Below are positions 1 through 10,102 of a DNA stretch of 45,514 nucleotides, piece after piece. Below the pieces are notes generated by a model. The model saw only the letters and a program-made list of their open reading frames with translations, was not told where the DNA came from and did not search any database. Numbering within the stretch: the stretch's first letter is position 1; each line of letters begins with the position of its first letter. The DNA lies in the NCBI GenBank assembly GCA_036937365.1, contig JAXOVD010000001.1, positions 1 to 45,514 on the forward strand. The letters run 5' to 3'. Both the position numbers and the translations under genes were made by a program. Source of the stretch: Alphaproteobacteria bacterium (GTDB lineage: Bacteria; Pseudomonadota; Alphaproteobacteria; HIMB59).

Positions 1-150
1 CTTCTCATATGATCTCAATTTATTGGGTAATTCTTCATTATTTTCAATTTTTTGAATAATCTCTTCACTCAATTTTAACTTTATTGCTAATTGATTAATC
101 GTAAGGCCTTTTGCTAGCCTTGCTTCTTTAATGGAAAGTAATTTGTTCAA
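1..150 (-). CDS. XRE-type helix-turn-helix protein, RodZ-like N-terminus (partial, runs off window)
   Basis: Manual translation from TTG at 150: MNKLLSIKEARLAKGLTINQLAIKLKLSEEIIQKIENNEELPNKLRSYEK. XRE pattern (ARxxxGLTxxQLA...IE); starts 3 bp after lysC stop; not in ORF track. Confidence 0.7.
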   Translation of the reverse strand, partial: MNKLLSIKEARLAKGLTINQLAIKLKLSEEIIQKIENNEELPNKLRSYEK

Positions 151-153
151 AAA

Positions 154-1368
154 TTATTTATATAATTTATAGGCTTGGTGTAGTTTTTGAACTGCGATAT
201 CTGTAAATTTTTCATCAATCAAGATACTGATTTTAATTTCAGAAGTAGTGATGACTTGAATATTAATTTTATTTTTTCCTAATGTATCAAATAATGTTTG
301 GGCAACCCCAGCATGAGATCTCATCCCTACTCCAACAACAGAAATTTTTGATATTGTATTCGAAGAATTAATTCTTTTGTATCCAATATTCATTTTTTCT
401 TTTTTTAAAATTTTTAGGGCCTTTTCAAGATCTCCTCTTGGAAGGGTAAAAGACAAATTAGCAAATTTTCCATCTTGAGATACATTTTGCAAAATCATAT
501 CAACATTGATATTTCCCTTTGCTAAAGGGCCAAATATTTTTGAAGAAACACCTGGTTTGTCTAATACTCGAGATAGAGTTATTTTTGCTTCATCTTTTGA
601 ATACGCAATACCGCTAACAGTGTTATTTTCTAATTTACTATTTTCTTCTGTTACAATAGTACCTGATATTTTTGGCCTGATTGAAGATCTCACACTTAAT
701 TTTGTTTTTTTTCGCATCGCCAATTCAACGGATCGAGTTTGAAGAACTTTAGCTCCTTGCGAGGCTAATTCAAGCATTTCTTCGTATGAAATTTGTGCAA
801 TTTTTTTTGCATTTTTAACTATGTTTGGATCAGTTGTATAAACGCCATCGACATCAGTATATATTATGCATTCTGCATCAATAGCTGCAGCAACTGCTAC
901 TGCACTAGTATCAGAACCACCTCTACCTAGAGTAGTAATTTCATTTTTTGAATTTATTCCCTGAAAACCAGGAATGAGGAGGACATTGTAATCTTGCAAC
1001 TCTTTGAAGATTTTATCTTGATCAATTGATAAAATTCTCGATTTCATATGCTCAATTGATGTTTTAATTGGTATTTGCCAGCTTAATAGAGATCTAGATT
1101 TAATTTTAATACTATTAAGATAAATAGACATCAAAGAACAAGAAACATTTTCTCCTGTAGAAATAGCATTATCATAATCCATTGAATTTGGAGATTTAGA
1201 AAAAATCTTAGTAAGTTTTATTAGGCGATCAGTCTCACCAGACATTGCAGATAAAATTGCAATAACTTTGTATTTTTTAGACCAGTCAGAAATTATTGAT
1301 GCAGATCTTCTAATCGCTTCAGGGCTACCAACTGAAGTACCACCAAATTTTAAAACTTTTACTTTCAT
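154..1368 (-). CDS. lysC: Aspartate kinase
   Basis: KFGGTSVG, TTLGRGGSDTSA, YTDVDGVYTTDP, two C-terminal ACT domains ending TSEIKIS. Confidence 0.98.
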   Translation of the reverse strand: MKVKVLKFGGTSVGSPEAIRRSASIISDWSKKYKVIAILSAMSGETDRLIKLTKIFSKSPNSMDYDNAISTGENVSCSLMSIYLNSIKIKSRSLLSWQIPIKTSIEHMKSRILSIDQDKIFKELQDYNVLLIPGFQGINSKNEITTLGRGGSDTSAVAVAAAIDAECIIYTDVDGVYTTDPNIVKNAKKIAQISYEEMLELASQGAKVLQTRSVELAMRKKTKLSVRSSIRPKISGTIVTEENSKLENNTVSGIAYSKDEAKITLSRVLDKPGVSSKIFGPLAKGNINVDMILQNVSQDGKFANLSFTLPRGDLEKALKILKKEKMNIGYKRINSSNTISKISVVGVGMRSHAGVAQTLFDTLGKNKINIQVITTSEIKISILIDEKFTDIAVQKLHQAYKLYK

Positions 1369-1410
1369 AAATTACGGTAATATACATTTAAGTATTATTA
1401 AGTAAAGATC

Positions 1411-2067
1411 ATGCAAAACTATAATTATAAATATTACGAACCCTTAGAACAAATGATTGCCGTCAGACATCAATATATGGGTAAAATCATAAAGAAATTC
1501 ATAAATAAAAATATTTATGAATATTTTAAGAATAAAAAAATATTAGATATTGGATGTGGTACTGGTGAATTTCTTAAAAATTATCATGATTTAGGCAACC
1601 AATGTATAGGAATTGATATTCAGCAAAACTTTAAATTTAAAAATGTAAAAGGATATATTTTAAAAAATACTGATTTGAAAAATTTTATTAAAAAGAATAA
1701 GCAAAAATTCGACGTTATTTTTTTATTTGAATTTTTAGAGCATTTAAATTTGGAAGATAGAAAATTTTTATTTAAAAATCTTTTAAATTTATTAAATAAA
1801 AATTCTTTAGTTTTTATTTCAACATTAAATAAAAATATAATTTCAAAATTCTTTAGTATCGAAATAGCAGAAAAGTATCTTAAGCTTCTTCCGCAAAACA
1901 CTCATGATTATAAGTATTTTTTAAAACCATCTGAAATTCAAAAATTAGCAAAAAGTAATAAACTTGATCTTTTAGATATATCTGGAATGACTTATAACCC
2001 ACTATTTAAAAGTTTTAAATTATCCAATTTTAATTTGATTAACTATTTTGGAACATTGAGAAGTTAA
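1411..2067 (+). CDS. ubiG: Ubiquinone biosynthesis O-methyltransferase, divergent with short N-terminus
   Basis: SAM motif ILDIGCGTG; EFLEH, STLNKN, AEKYLKLLPQNTH..F.KP.E, NY match UbiG; divergent from lysC as is common in Alphaproteobacteria. Confidence 0.8.
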   Translation: MQNYNYKYYEPLEQMIAVRHQYMGKIIKKFINKNIYEYFKNKKILDIGCGTGEFLKNYHDLGNQCIGIDIQQNFKFKNVKGYILKNTDLKNFIKKNKQKFDVIFLFEFLEHLNLEDRKFLFKNLLNLLNKNSLVFISTLNKNIISKFFSIEIAEKYLKLLPQNTHDYKYFLKPSEIQKLAKSNKLDLLDISGMTYNPLFKSFKLSNFNLINYFGTLRS

Positions 2068-2498
2068 TTTTTTTTCTTTTGTTTTTTTTCAAAGGGCAAT
2101 CTTATTAAAGGAATACCTTCTTCAATTAAATCTTTGCTTTCTTTTTCAGTTGCCTCTCCATAAATTGGCTTATCTTCTTTTTCGCCATAATGAATCTTTC
2201 TTGCCTCCTCAGGAAAATTTTTGCCAACATAAGTATAATTTTTTTCTACCTCATCTTTTAATTTTTTGATTTGTTGATTATAATTCGCAAAAACCTTTTC
2301 TTGATTTCTTTTTTGTTTAATAAGACTATTTGATTTTGAAGAAATATTTGGAGCCATTACAGACTTGAATACCGAACTTGATCCGCAATACGGGCAATCT
2401 ATCAACTTTTTTTTTCTCTGCTTTTCAAATGAACTAGAGTCATCAAAACTAGCTTCGAATATGTGATCGTTATCACACTTTAAATCAAATTTAATCAT
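2064..2498 (-). CDS. DUF1178 family protein
   Basis: MIKFDLKCDNDHIFE, CPYCGS, MAPNI, YVGKNFPEEARKIHYGE, IYGEA, LIEEGI. Confidence 0.92.
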   Translation of the reverse strand: MIKFDLKCDNDHIFEASFDDSSSFEKQRKKKLIDCPYCGSSSVFKSVMAPNISSKSNSLIKQKRNQEKVFANYNQQIKKLKDEVEKNYTYVGKNFPEEARKIHYGEKEDKPIYGEATEKESKDLIEEGIPLIRLPFEKKQKKKN

Positions 2499-2533
2499 AT
2501 TTAGTAATTAGTATTAAAACCTATGTTTTCAAG

Positions 2534-3322
2534 TCAGTTAAAATTTCTATCATGCTTTAAAACGGGAATAGAGTTTTGATATTTCTCTACAGATTTTAAG
2601 TCTATTTCACAATTAAGCACCATTTCCGAGTCTGTAGCTTCAGAAATAATTTCTCCCCATGGATTGACAACAAGACTATGACCATAGGTGGATCTGTTCT
2701 CCTCATTCGTTCCCCATTGATTAGGGGCCACTATAAAAATACCATTTTCAATTGCTCTAGCTCTTAATAAACAATGCCAGTGTGCTTTTCCAGTTGTGTA
2801 AGTAAAAGCTGAAGGAACAACGATCGCTTTACAAGATTTTTTTGATAGTTCCCTAAATAATTTGGGGAAACGTAAATCATAGCAAATTGAATGACCTATC
2901 AAGTCTCCATTTATCTTCATGGACTTTAGAGAGGATCCAGGGGTATATGTATCACTTTCTCTATATTCCTCATTATTTTTTAAAATTACATCAAACATAT
3001 GAATTTTGTCATAATAAGATGAAATACTTCCATCTTGATTAATTAAGATTGACCTATTGTATACTTTGCCCTCATCTAAGATAGGTAAAGATCCTAACAA
3101 TAAGTTTACTTTATTTATTTTTGTAAAGTTTTGATAATGCAAAATATAATCATGGTCCATAGTGAATGATGTTTTCTTTAAATTAGATAAAAATAGAAAA
3201 CACTCAGGTAATAATATTAAATCTGGATCAAAACTCAGCGCCTGATTGATAAATTTATCTACTTTTTGAAAGTTTTTATCTATTTGGGGTCCAACAGTTA
3301 TTTGAACAAGAGACAGTCTCAT
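2534..3322 (-). CDS. Carbon-nitrogen hydrolase (Nit1-like, probable deaminated glutathione amidase)
   Basis: Glu-Lys-Cys triad: LPEC, YDKIHMFDV, ICYDLRFP; HW..LLRARAIEN; YGHSLVVNPWG. Confidence 0.93.
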   Translation of the reverse strand: MRLSLVQITVGPQIDKNFQKVDKFINQALSFDPDLILLPECFLFLSNLKKTSFTMDHDYILHYQNFTKINKVNLLLGSLPILDEGKVYNRSILINQDGSISSYYDKIHMFDVILKNNEEYRESDTYTPGSSLKSMKINGDLIGHSICYDLRFPKLFRELSKKSCKAIVVPSAFTYTTGKAHWHCLLRARAIENGIFIVAPNQWGTNEENRSTYGHSLVVNPWGEIISEATDSEMVLNCEIDLKSVEKYQNSIPVLKHDRNFN

Positions 3323-3630
3323 TGTTCTTTGAGAGAAAATAATTCAAAAGTAGTATTTTCCTTAGATGCCTTATGAACTTTTATATTTTCATCCGGCAAG
3401 ATAGATAAGCTATGGTTGGCAAATAAAATATAAATAAATTCTTTATTATTTCGTATTAAACTCAACTTTAGTGTTTTATCTTTATTAACTAATACTGAGG
3501 GCTTATCCGCCTTATATGAAAATTCTTCTTTGTTAGTCAAAGAGTTAATTGAGTCGAAATCCTTATTAAATTTTTCAATATCCTCATAGAAGTTCAATCT
3601 TTTTTGATCTAAGTTAAATCTGGAAATCAT
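3319..3630 (-). CDS. Hypothetical protein (103 aa)
   Basis: ATG start, ATGA overlap with nit start, fills the gap exactly; no motif recognised. Confidence 0.65.
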   Translation of the reverse strand: MISRFNLDQKRLNFYEDIEKFNKDFDSINSLTNKEEFSYKADKPSVLVNKDKTLKLSLIRNNKEFIYILFANHSLSILPDENIKVHKASKENTTFELFSLKEQ

Positions 3631-3649
3631 AAAAACAATTTAACACAAA

Positions 3650-4357
3650 ATGTTACAATTTAATTTAAAAAAAAGAGAAGCTAGAAAAGAACTATATTAT
3701 AAAAAAGATAACTTTATTTCAGAATTAGGCGTTGAGCTAATAAACAAAAAAACCGAATTTATTCTTCGTAAACCCAATTCATCGATTCTTTCTGATGAAA
3801 GACTTAAAATAAAAGACTCTACTGGTGATGATTTCATCTTTGATGATATAAATTTTTTTCTTCAAAATAAAATAAATGCAGATGCATTTATCTGTAATTT
3901 TGATCTGCAAATTCCTTTAGCTATTAATTCTCAAAAATTTTTAGAAAGCATATACGAAAATTTGAATACGGAGGGTTTTTTTAGTTTTAATTTATTGACT
4001 GTAAATTCTTTTATAACTCTGCAAAAAATATTCCTAGAGATTGATGATAATGTTTTTAATGGTGCTCAACAAAGATTTGGACCTTTTCACGACACCTCTG
4101 TTATAATTACAGATCTAAATAAAAGTAAATTTAAAGAGGTGGTTGTAAGCACTGAACTACTTGAATTGAATTATAAATCTCTTGATAAAATTAGAGCCGA
4201 TTTTAAGGAATTAGGCATATCTAATTACTATAATGAGAAAATTAGAACAAATAAAAATTTTTACAAAAAAACAACCTCATTATTTAAAGAATTAATTTCA
4301 AAACATGACCACGTTCCAATTGAAATTGAAATTTCGACATTTACATCGTGGAAATAA
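3650..4357 (+). CDS. Degenerate BioC/NDUFAF5-like methyltransferase-fold protein
   Basis: C-terminal half resembles the alphaproteobacterial NDUFAF5-like family (LNTEGFF, RFGPFHD, F.EVVV..E....Y, D.KELG); no Gly-rich SAM motif I; position fits that gene. Confidence 0.55.
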   Translation: MLQFNLKKREARKELYYKKDNFISELGVELINKKTEFILRKPNSSILSDERLKIKDSTGDDFIFDDINFFLQNKINADAFICNFDLQIPLAINSQKFLESIYENLNTEGFFSFNLLTVNSFITLQKIFLEIDDNVFNGAQQRFGPFHDTSVIITDLNKSKFKEVVVSTELLELNYKSLDKIRADFKELGISNYYNEKIRTNKNFYKKTTSLFKELISKHDHVPIEIEISTFTSWK

Positions 4358-4365
4358 ATTTATTT

Positions 4366-4374
4366 TGATATAAA
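4366..4374 (+). promoter_or_regulatory. Candidate extended -10 element (TGaTATAAA) for secA
   Basis: Hexamer ends 8 nt before the secA ATG; no SD in between. Confidence 0.45.
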
Positions 4375-4382
4375 GATATTCT

Positions 4383-6848
4383 ATGTTTCAAAAAATAAAC
4401 GATTTTTTTGCAAATCAAAAAAACTCTAAGCTACTAAAAGAAATTTCAGGGACGTATGTTGAAAAAATTAATTCTCTTGAAAATGAAATAAAGAGTCTTA
4501 GTAAGGAAGATATTCATAATAAATTAGATGAAATTAGAGATAAATCTGATGGTAGCTTGTCTGAACAGGATATTTGTTTTGCCTGCGCCATTGTAAGAGA
4601 AGTATCCTACCAAACTATCGGACTTAGACATTATGATTGTCAGATAATTTGTGGTCTTGCTTTGTATCATGGTTTTATAGCCGAAATGAAAACAGGAGAA
4701 GGCAAAACCTTGGTGGCCACTATCCCAGTTTTGCTAAATAATCTTTTAAAGAAAAAGGTTCATCTAATAACAGTTAATGATTTCCTTGCAAAAAGAGACT
4801 CTAATTGGATGAATCCGATATATGAGTATTTAAATATCTCAAATTCTTTCATTCAAAACGATCAGACCATTGAAGAAAAAATTTCTAGTTACAATAATGA
4901 TGTTGTATACGGCAATAACAATGAATTTTGTTTTGACTATTTAAGAGATAACCTTCGTTCCACGAATACTCCAAAAATGCAGAATGCATTAAATGTTGCT
5001 ATAATAGATGAAGCTGACTCTGTTTTAATCGATGAGTCAAGATCTCCTTTAGGAATTTCGGGGCCAGTTAAAACGCCCATTCAATTATTTAAACTTTGTT
5101 ATGAAATTACAGAAGATTTATCTTTGGATGATGTGGAAATCAACGAGGAAAGAAAAAATGTTCTATTAAAAGATAGCGGTATAAAAAAAATAGAATTTAA
5201 TCTCAAAAAAATAAATTATTTAAAAGGCAATAGTTTATTTGATAATGAAAATCTAGAAGCCTACCAAATAGTTAACCAATCATTAAAAGCAAGGTTCATT
5301 TACGAAAGAGACAAAGATTATATTGTCAAAGATGGGCAAATCGTAGTAATTGACGAGTTTTCAGGAAGGTTAGCTCAAGGAAGAAGGTTTGGGGAAGGGT
5401 TACATCAATCTCTAGAAGCGAAAGAGAATGTGAAAATTCAAGCTGAAAGTATTACCTTAGCAAGTATTACTTTTCAAAATTATTTTAAAAAATATGAAAA
5501 AATATCAGGCATGACTGGTACTGCCCTGACAGAAGCAGAGGAGTTTTTAGAAATTTATGGTTTAAGTGTAATCGAAATCCCTACAAACAAGAAAATGATA
5601 AGAATAGATCGTAATGATCAAATTTATAAAACTAGTGAAGAAAAATATGAAGCCGTATTAAATTTGGTTAAAGATAAATATCAAAAGGGGCAACCTCTTT
5701 TGATAGGCACAACTTCTATTGAAAAATCTAACTATATTTCTGAAATTTTAAAAAAGGCAGAAGTTCCTCATAATGTTTTAAACGCCAAAAACCATCAAGA
5801 TGAAGCAGAAATTATTGCTTTGGCCGGAAAACCATTTCAAATCACAGTAGCAACTAATATGGCTGGCAGAGGAACTGATATCAAATTAGGAGGTAACCCA
5901 GAGGTCGACAAAACCTTTAAAGACTCTGACTATCAAAAAGTTATCGACCTAGGAGGACTTTGTATTGTTGGAACCGAAAGGCATGAAAGTAGAAGAATAG
6001 ATAACCAACTTAGAGGAAGGTCTGGCAGACAGGGAGATCCGGGAGAGAGTATTTTTTTTGTGTCGCTTGAAGATGATTTAATGAGAATTTTTGGTTCTGA
6101 AAAATTACAGTCCATGCTTTCTACTTTAGGTTTAAAAAAAGGTGAAGTTATTGAACACAAGTGGCTTACTTCCTCCATAGAAAGAGCTCAAAAAAGAGTA
6201 GAGGGGCATAATTTTGATATTAGAAAACAATTATTAGAATTTGATAATATTATCGATAATCAAAGAAATATCATTTATTCAAAAAGAGAAATGATAATCA
6301 ACGATGATATTTTTAATTTTATAAAAGAAACTGAAGAAGAATTTATATCTAACTTACTTGAAAGTGAAGAAGATGAAATTAAAAATTTTCATAATACTCT
6401 ACCTTTTCTTCAAAATACGAATATGAATGATAAGTCAATTTATCTTGATACCTTTGATGATATCAAAAAGCAAAATCATGAAGAACATAAAGATATTTAT
6501 AAAAAAATATTAAGACAAGTAAGTTTAACCATACTGGATAAAAATTGGCATAATCATATTCAAGAACTTACCAATATAAGAATGTCAGTGAGTTTAAGTG
6601 GCTATGCGGGAAAGGATCCGGTAAATGAATTTAGAAAAGCCTCTTTTGCTGCCTTTAATACTTTAGTATACGAAATACAAAAACAGATGGTGCTAGTGTT
6701 AAATAACATGAACATCACTAATCAAAGTTCAAAAAAAAATGAGGACGAAAATTTAAATAACCCCACACCAAAAAAAATTGGAAGAAATGATCCCTGCCCC
6801 TGTGGTTCAGGAAAAAAATACAAACAATGCCATGGAAATCTGGCTTAG
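4383..6848 (+). CDS. secA: Preprotein translocase ATPase SecA
   Basis: EMKTGEGKT, IIDEADSVLIDE, ATNMAGRGTDI, RHESRRIDNQLRGRSGRQGDPG, SEC-C motif GRNDPCPCGSGKKYKQCHG. Confidence 0.99.
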   Translation: MFQKINDFFANQKNSKLLKEISGTYVEKINSLENEIKSLSKEDIHNKLDEIRDKSDGSLSEQDICFACAIVREVSYQTIGLRHYDCQIICGLALYHGFIAEMKTGEGKTLVATIPVLLNNLLKKKVHLITVNDFLAKRDSNWMNPIYEYLNISNSFIQNDQTIEEKISSYNNDVVYGNNNEFCFDYLRDNLRSTNTPKMQNALNVAIIDEADSVLIDESRSPLGISGPVKTPIQLFKLCYEITEDLSLDDVEINEERKNVLLKDSGIKKIEFNLKKINYLKGNSLFDNENLEAYQIVNQSLKARFIYERDKDYIVKDGQIVVIDEFSGRLAQGRRFGEGLHQSLEAKENVKIQAESITLASITFQNYFKKYEKISGMTGTALTEAEEFLEIYGLSVIEIPTNKKMIRIDRNDQIYKTSEEKYEAVLNLVKDKYQKGQPLLIGTTSIEKSNYISEILKKAEVPHNVLNAKNHQDEAEIIALAGKPFQITVATNMAGRGTDIKLGGNPEVDKTFKDSDYQKVIDLGGLCIVGTERHESRRIDNQLRGRSGRQGDPGESIFFVSLEDDLMRIFGSEKLQSMLSTLGLKKGEVIEHKWLTSSIERAQKRVEGHNFDIRKQLLEFDNIIDNQRNIIYSKREMIINDDIFNFIKETEEEFISNLLESEEDEIKNFHNTLPFLQNTNMNDKSIYLDTFDDIKKQNHEEHKDIYKKILRQVSLTILDKNWHNHIQELTNIRMSVSLSGYAGKDPVNEFRKASFAAFNTLVYEIQKQMVLVLNNMNITNQSSKKNEDENLNNPTPKKIGRNDPCPCGSGKKYKQCHGNLA

Positions 6849-7786
6849 GGCAAATAGTTCAAATAACGATTATTTCTTTGGTTTAATAATGAGCTCAAAT
6901 CAACTTTTTTTAATTCACTTAAATTTTCTAATAAAGATTTTTTAAGGTCTCCACAAATCGCATCGTGATTTCTGTGAGCACCTCCAATTGGTTCTTCAAT
7001 TATTTCATCTATAATTTTTAGATTTAAACAGTCTTTTGCAGTGATTTTTAGAGAATTGGACGCTGTCTCTGCATAATCAGAGGATTTCCATAATATTGAT
7101 GAACATCCCTCCGGAGAAATAACAGAGTAAATTGAATTACTAAGCATTAAAACTTTATCACTTGTCGCTAAAGCAATAGCTCCTCCTGATCCCCCTTCTC
7201 CTATAACAACCGAAATACAAGGAGCCTCACAGTTCAAAGCTACTTTCATTGATTGAGCTATAGCTTCGGCTTGACCTCTTTCTTCAGCGTCTTTTCCAGG
7301 ATATGCGCCAGAAGTATCTATAAAACAAATTAATGGCAAATTCAATTTTGAAGCTAATTTCATAATTCTTTGAGATTTTCGATATCCCTCGGGCTTCGCC
7401 ATACCAAAATTATGTTTTATTCTAGATTTCATATCATGACCTTTTTCAGTACCAAGAACTAATACAGGATTTTGATCCAAAAAAGCCATTCCAGAGATGA
7501 CAGCATTATCCTCAGAATATAACCTGTCTCCATACAGAGAAGTAAAGTTATCAAAAACATTTTGGATATAATCCTTAGTTTTAGGTCTTTGAGGATGTCT
7601 TGCAATTTTAACAATTTGCCAAGGAGATAGATTGGAATAAATTTTATCTAGTTCAGACTTTTCTTTTTCTTCGATTGATTTAATTTTAGCAGAAATATCA
7701 ATACCGCTTTCCTCTGAAGCTTTAAGAAGAGATTTTTTTTCACTTTCCAGTTTTTCTAATTTTTCTTCAAAATCGAGATAAAACAT
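6845..7786 (-). CDS. accA: Acetyl-CoA carboxylase carboxyltransferase alpha subunit
   Basis: YLDFE, ARHPQRP, NFGMAKPEGYRK, AEERGQAEAIA, GEGGSGGA, YSVISPEGC. Confidence 0.98.
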   Translation of the reverse strand: MFYLDFEEKLEKLESEKKSLLKASEESGIDISAKIKSIEEKEKSELDKIYSNLSPWQIVKIARHPQRPKTKDYIQNVFDNFTSLYGDRLYSEDNAVISGMAFLDQNPVLVLGTEKGHDMKSRIKHNFGMAKPEGYRKSQRIMKLASKLNLPLICFIDTSGAYPGKDAEERGQAEAIAQSMKVALNCEAPCISVVIGEGGSGGAIALATSDKVLMLSNSIYSVISPEGCSSILWKSSDYAETASNSLKITAKDCLNLKIIDEIIEEPIGGAHRNHDAICGDLKKSLLENLSELKKVDLSSLLNQRNNRYLNYLP

Positions 7787-7793
7787 TTCGAGA

Positions 7794-8648
7794 CTATAAT
7801 TTATTTTTTAAAGGATGATAAGCGTCTAAAACACTCTTTTTAAGAGATTTAGCTACTTTAGTATAAATTTCAGTAGTTGAGATACTAGAGTGACCTAGAA
7901 ATTTTTGAATATGCCTTATGTCCGCATTATTTTCTAACATCGAGGTCGCGAAAGAATGTCGAAAGACGTGAGATGAAATTTTATGTTCAATAAAACCCTC
8001 TTTAAAAGCCTTATCTAAAAATTTATTGACAGAACGTACTGAAATTTTTTTTCCTTTCAAATTAAATATATAACCTTCGTCTTTTTTTAATAAATAAAGA
8101 CTATCAAGAAAATCACTCGTCAAATATGATTTTCTTTCTTTTGATCCTTTTCCATAAATATTTAAAGACATTTCAGTCTTTGATAAATCAGACCATTTTA
8201 AAGCCAATGCCTCAGAAATTCTTAAACCTGATAAATACATTAATTTTAAAATAATTAGATAAAGACTTTTATTAGGAAGATTAGAATTATCAAGTGAGTT
8301 AAAAATTTTATTTATTTCATTTTTTGGAATAGCTTTTGGAATTTTTTTTGAACTATTTAAAGACTCAAAAATATCCAAATTTATATCTTTAATTATTTTT
8401 TCAGAGTGAAGAAATTTTAGGAAGTTCTTTAGTGAAGATAGTTTTCTATTTATCGTAGCATTGGAAATATTTTTTTTTCTTAAATAAGAAATGTATTTCT
8501 GAACATTGTCGTTGATACTTTCATGTTTGATAAAAAAAATTAAAAATTGATTTAAATCAACTAAATAATTATTAATTGAATTTTGAGAAAGATTTTTTTC
8601 TGAGAATAAAAATTCTTTAAATGTATCAATATGGCAATCTAAATTCAT
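7794..8648 (-). CDS. xerD: Tyrosine recombinase XerD-like
   Basis: GLRISE, GKGSKER, HVFRHSFAT, LGHSSISTTEIYT; upstream of accA, the usual alphaproteobacterial xerD position. Confidence 0.85.
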   Translation of the reverse strand: MNLDCHIDTFKEFLFSEKNLSQNSINNYLVDLNQFLIFFIKHESINDNVQKYISYLRKKNISNATINRKLSSLKNFLKFLHSEKIIKDINLDIFESLNSSKKIPKAIPKNEINKIFNSLDNSNLPNKSLYLIILKLMYLSGLRISEALALKWSDLSKTEMSLNIYGKGSKERKSYLTSDFLDSLYLLKKDEGYIFNLKGKKISVRSVNKFLDKAFKEGFIEHKISSHVFRHSFATSMLENNADIRHIQKFLGHSSISTTEIYTKVAKSLKKSVLDAYHPLKNKL

Positions 8649-10102
8649 AAATTAGATAAGTGCACTTTGAAAAATAACTTTATAAATTCATTTTTTAGAT
8701 ATTCGTTGTTAATTAAATATTTATTAATAAAATATAAGTCAAATTCATTAAGAGAATAATAATCCTCACTTAATTGAATATAATAAATATAGCTCTCAAT
8801 GAGGTTAAAATTTTCCGATAAATTAAATAAATAAATAGGATCAACAAGAATATCTTTGTTTTCCTCAATTAATGATTTGTTGAGATTAGTAAATTTCAAA
8901 TCTCCATTTAAGAAAAAAAATCTCATTAAAGGGCTTTTTAAATCATTTTTATCATCTGAATAAAGTTCAGATTGAGTATTATTTGTTAGATATCTTTTTA
9001 AACCTAAAGCTAAATAGTCATCTTCTAAATTTTCTTCAGAAATTTCTGTTAGTACTACTTTGAGATTTTCTAAAAAGGAAGAATTTTCATATAAAGAGAG
9101 AACAATTAAGGCATTAATATATTTTAAATTTCTTGAAGTTATGCGCATTTCTCTAAATTGATTATAAATTAAGCGAGATAAGTCATATAAATCTAATTGT
9201 ACCTCTGGAATATATTTTTCTAATATGGCAAGTTTCTTGTTATAGTTGATTTCCTCACTGATTTCATTGAACATTAATAATTCTTTAGGCTTATCTTTAA
9301 TATTTGATAATAGTGATAAATATTGAGAATTATTAATAATTCTATTTTTAAAAAGGTAGTTTACCTCATATAATTTTAATTGATTAGATTTTCGATATAA
9401 CTCTAATTCAAATAAATTTGAAATATTCTCCACATAAATCTTGGCATCATTTTTCGTAGAAAGTATAAATAAATCAATCATCCCTAATTCAGATAAATTA
9501 AATTCATCATTTAGTTGTTTTTTATTTAGATAATCTAATAAAAGAGTGGTATTCAATTTTTTAAATTCATCATCATTGTAAATTTCTAGTAAAAGTGAAA
9601 TTTGTTGATTTTGTTTATTGTTTAGTAAACAAATAATATTGAATTCAATTGCGTTATCAAAATTTTTTTGGTTTGTATCTAAAAGACCTAAGTATTCACA
9701 TAAATTTTCTATTTGATTTAATCTAAAGAGTGTTTGCAGGTAAGCCTGATTTAATTCAGGATCTTGAAATTTTTCAAATAAGACTTTTTCAAATAGGTTA
9801 GAATTAATTTGGAAACCATATACTTTATTGGAAAATAATTTTATTTTTTCAAAGAAAAATTCACTACTATCTGAATATTTTGGAAAAATATCAGAATTAG
9901 TTAAGGGGTCAAACAAAGAGTAAAAAAAATTATCTTTATATTCAATTTGTTCGATTAAGTTTACTAAATCTTGCTGTTTTTCAATTTCTGTAATTAAATT
10001 ATTCTGAGATATTGTTTGAAGCTGAAAGGCTATATCTTCTTCAAAATTGGCTTTTAAAATATTTGGAGTAAGAATACTTAGAAATAGTAAAAAAAATTTC
10101 AT
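8645..10102 (-). CDS. Hypothetical exported protein (485 aa, helical-repeat-like)
   Basis: Signal-peptide-like MKFFLLFLSILTPNILKA; long open frame; ATGA overlap with xerD. Confidence 0.75.
   Translation of the reverse strand: MKFFLLFLSILTPNILKANFEEDIAFQLQTISQNNLITEIEKQQDLVNLIEQIEYKDNFFYSLFDPLTNSDIFPKYSDSSEFFFEKIKLFSNKVYGFQINSNLFEKVLFEKFQDPELNQAYLQTLFRLNQIENLCEYLGLLDTNQKNFDNAIEFNIICLLNNKQNQQISLLLEIYNDDEFKKLNTTLLLDYLNKKQLNDEFNLSELGMIDLFILSTKNDAKIYVENISNLFELELYRKSNQLKLYEVNYLFKNRIINNSQYLSLLSNIKDKPKELLMFNEISEEINYNKKLAILEKYIPEVQLDLYDLSRLIYNQFREMRITSRNLKYINALIVLSLYENSSFLENLKVVLTEISEENLEDDYLALGLKRYLTNNTQSELYSDDKNDLKSPLMRFFFLNGDLKFTNLNKSLIEENKDILVDPIYLFNLSENFNLIESYIYYIQLSEDYYSLNEFDLYFINKYLINNEYLKNEFIKLFFKVHLSNL

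Noticed and set aside
7794-8648. Tyrosine recombinase as a phage or island integrase
   Set aside because: Size, motifs and position upstream of accA fit housekeeping XerD; no att/tRNA site or cargo genes nearby.
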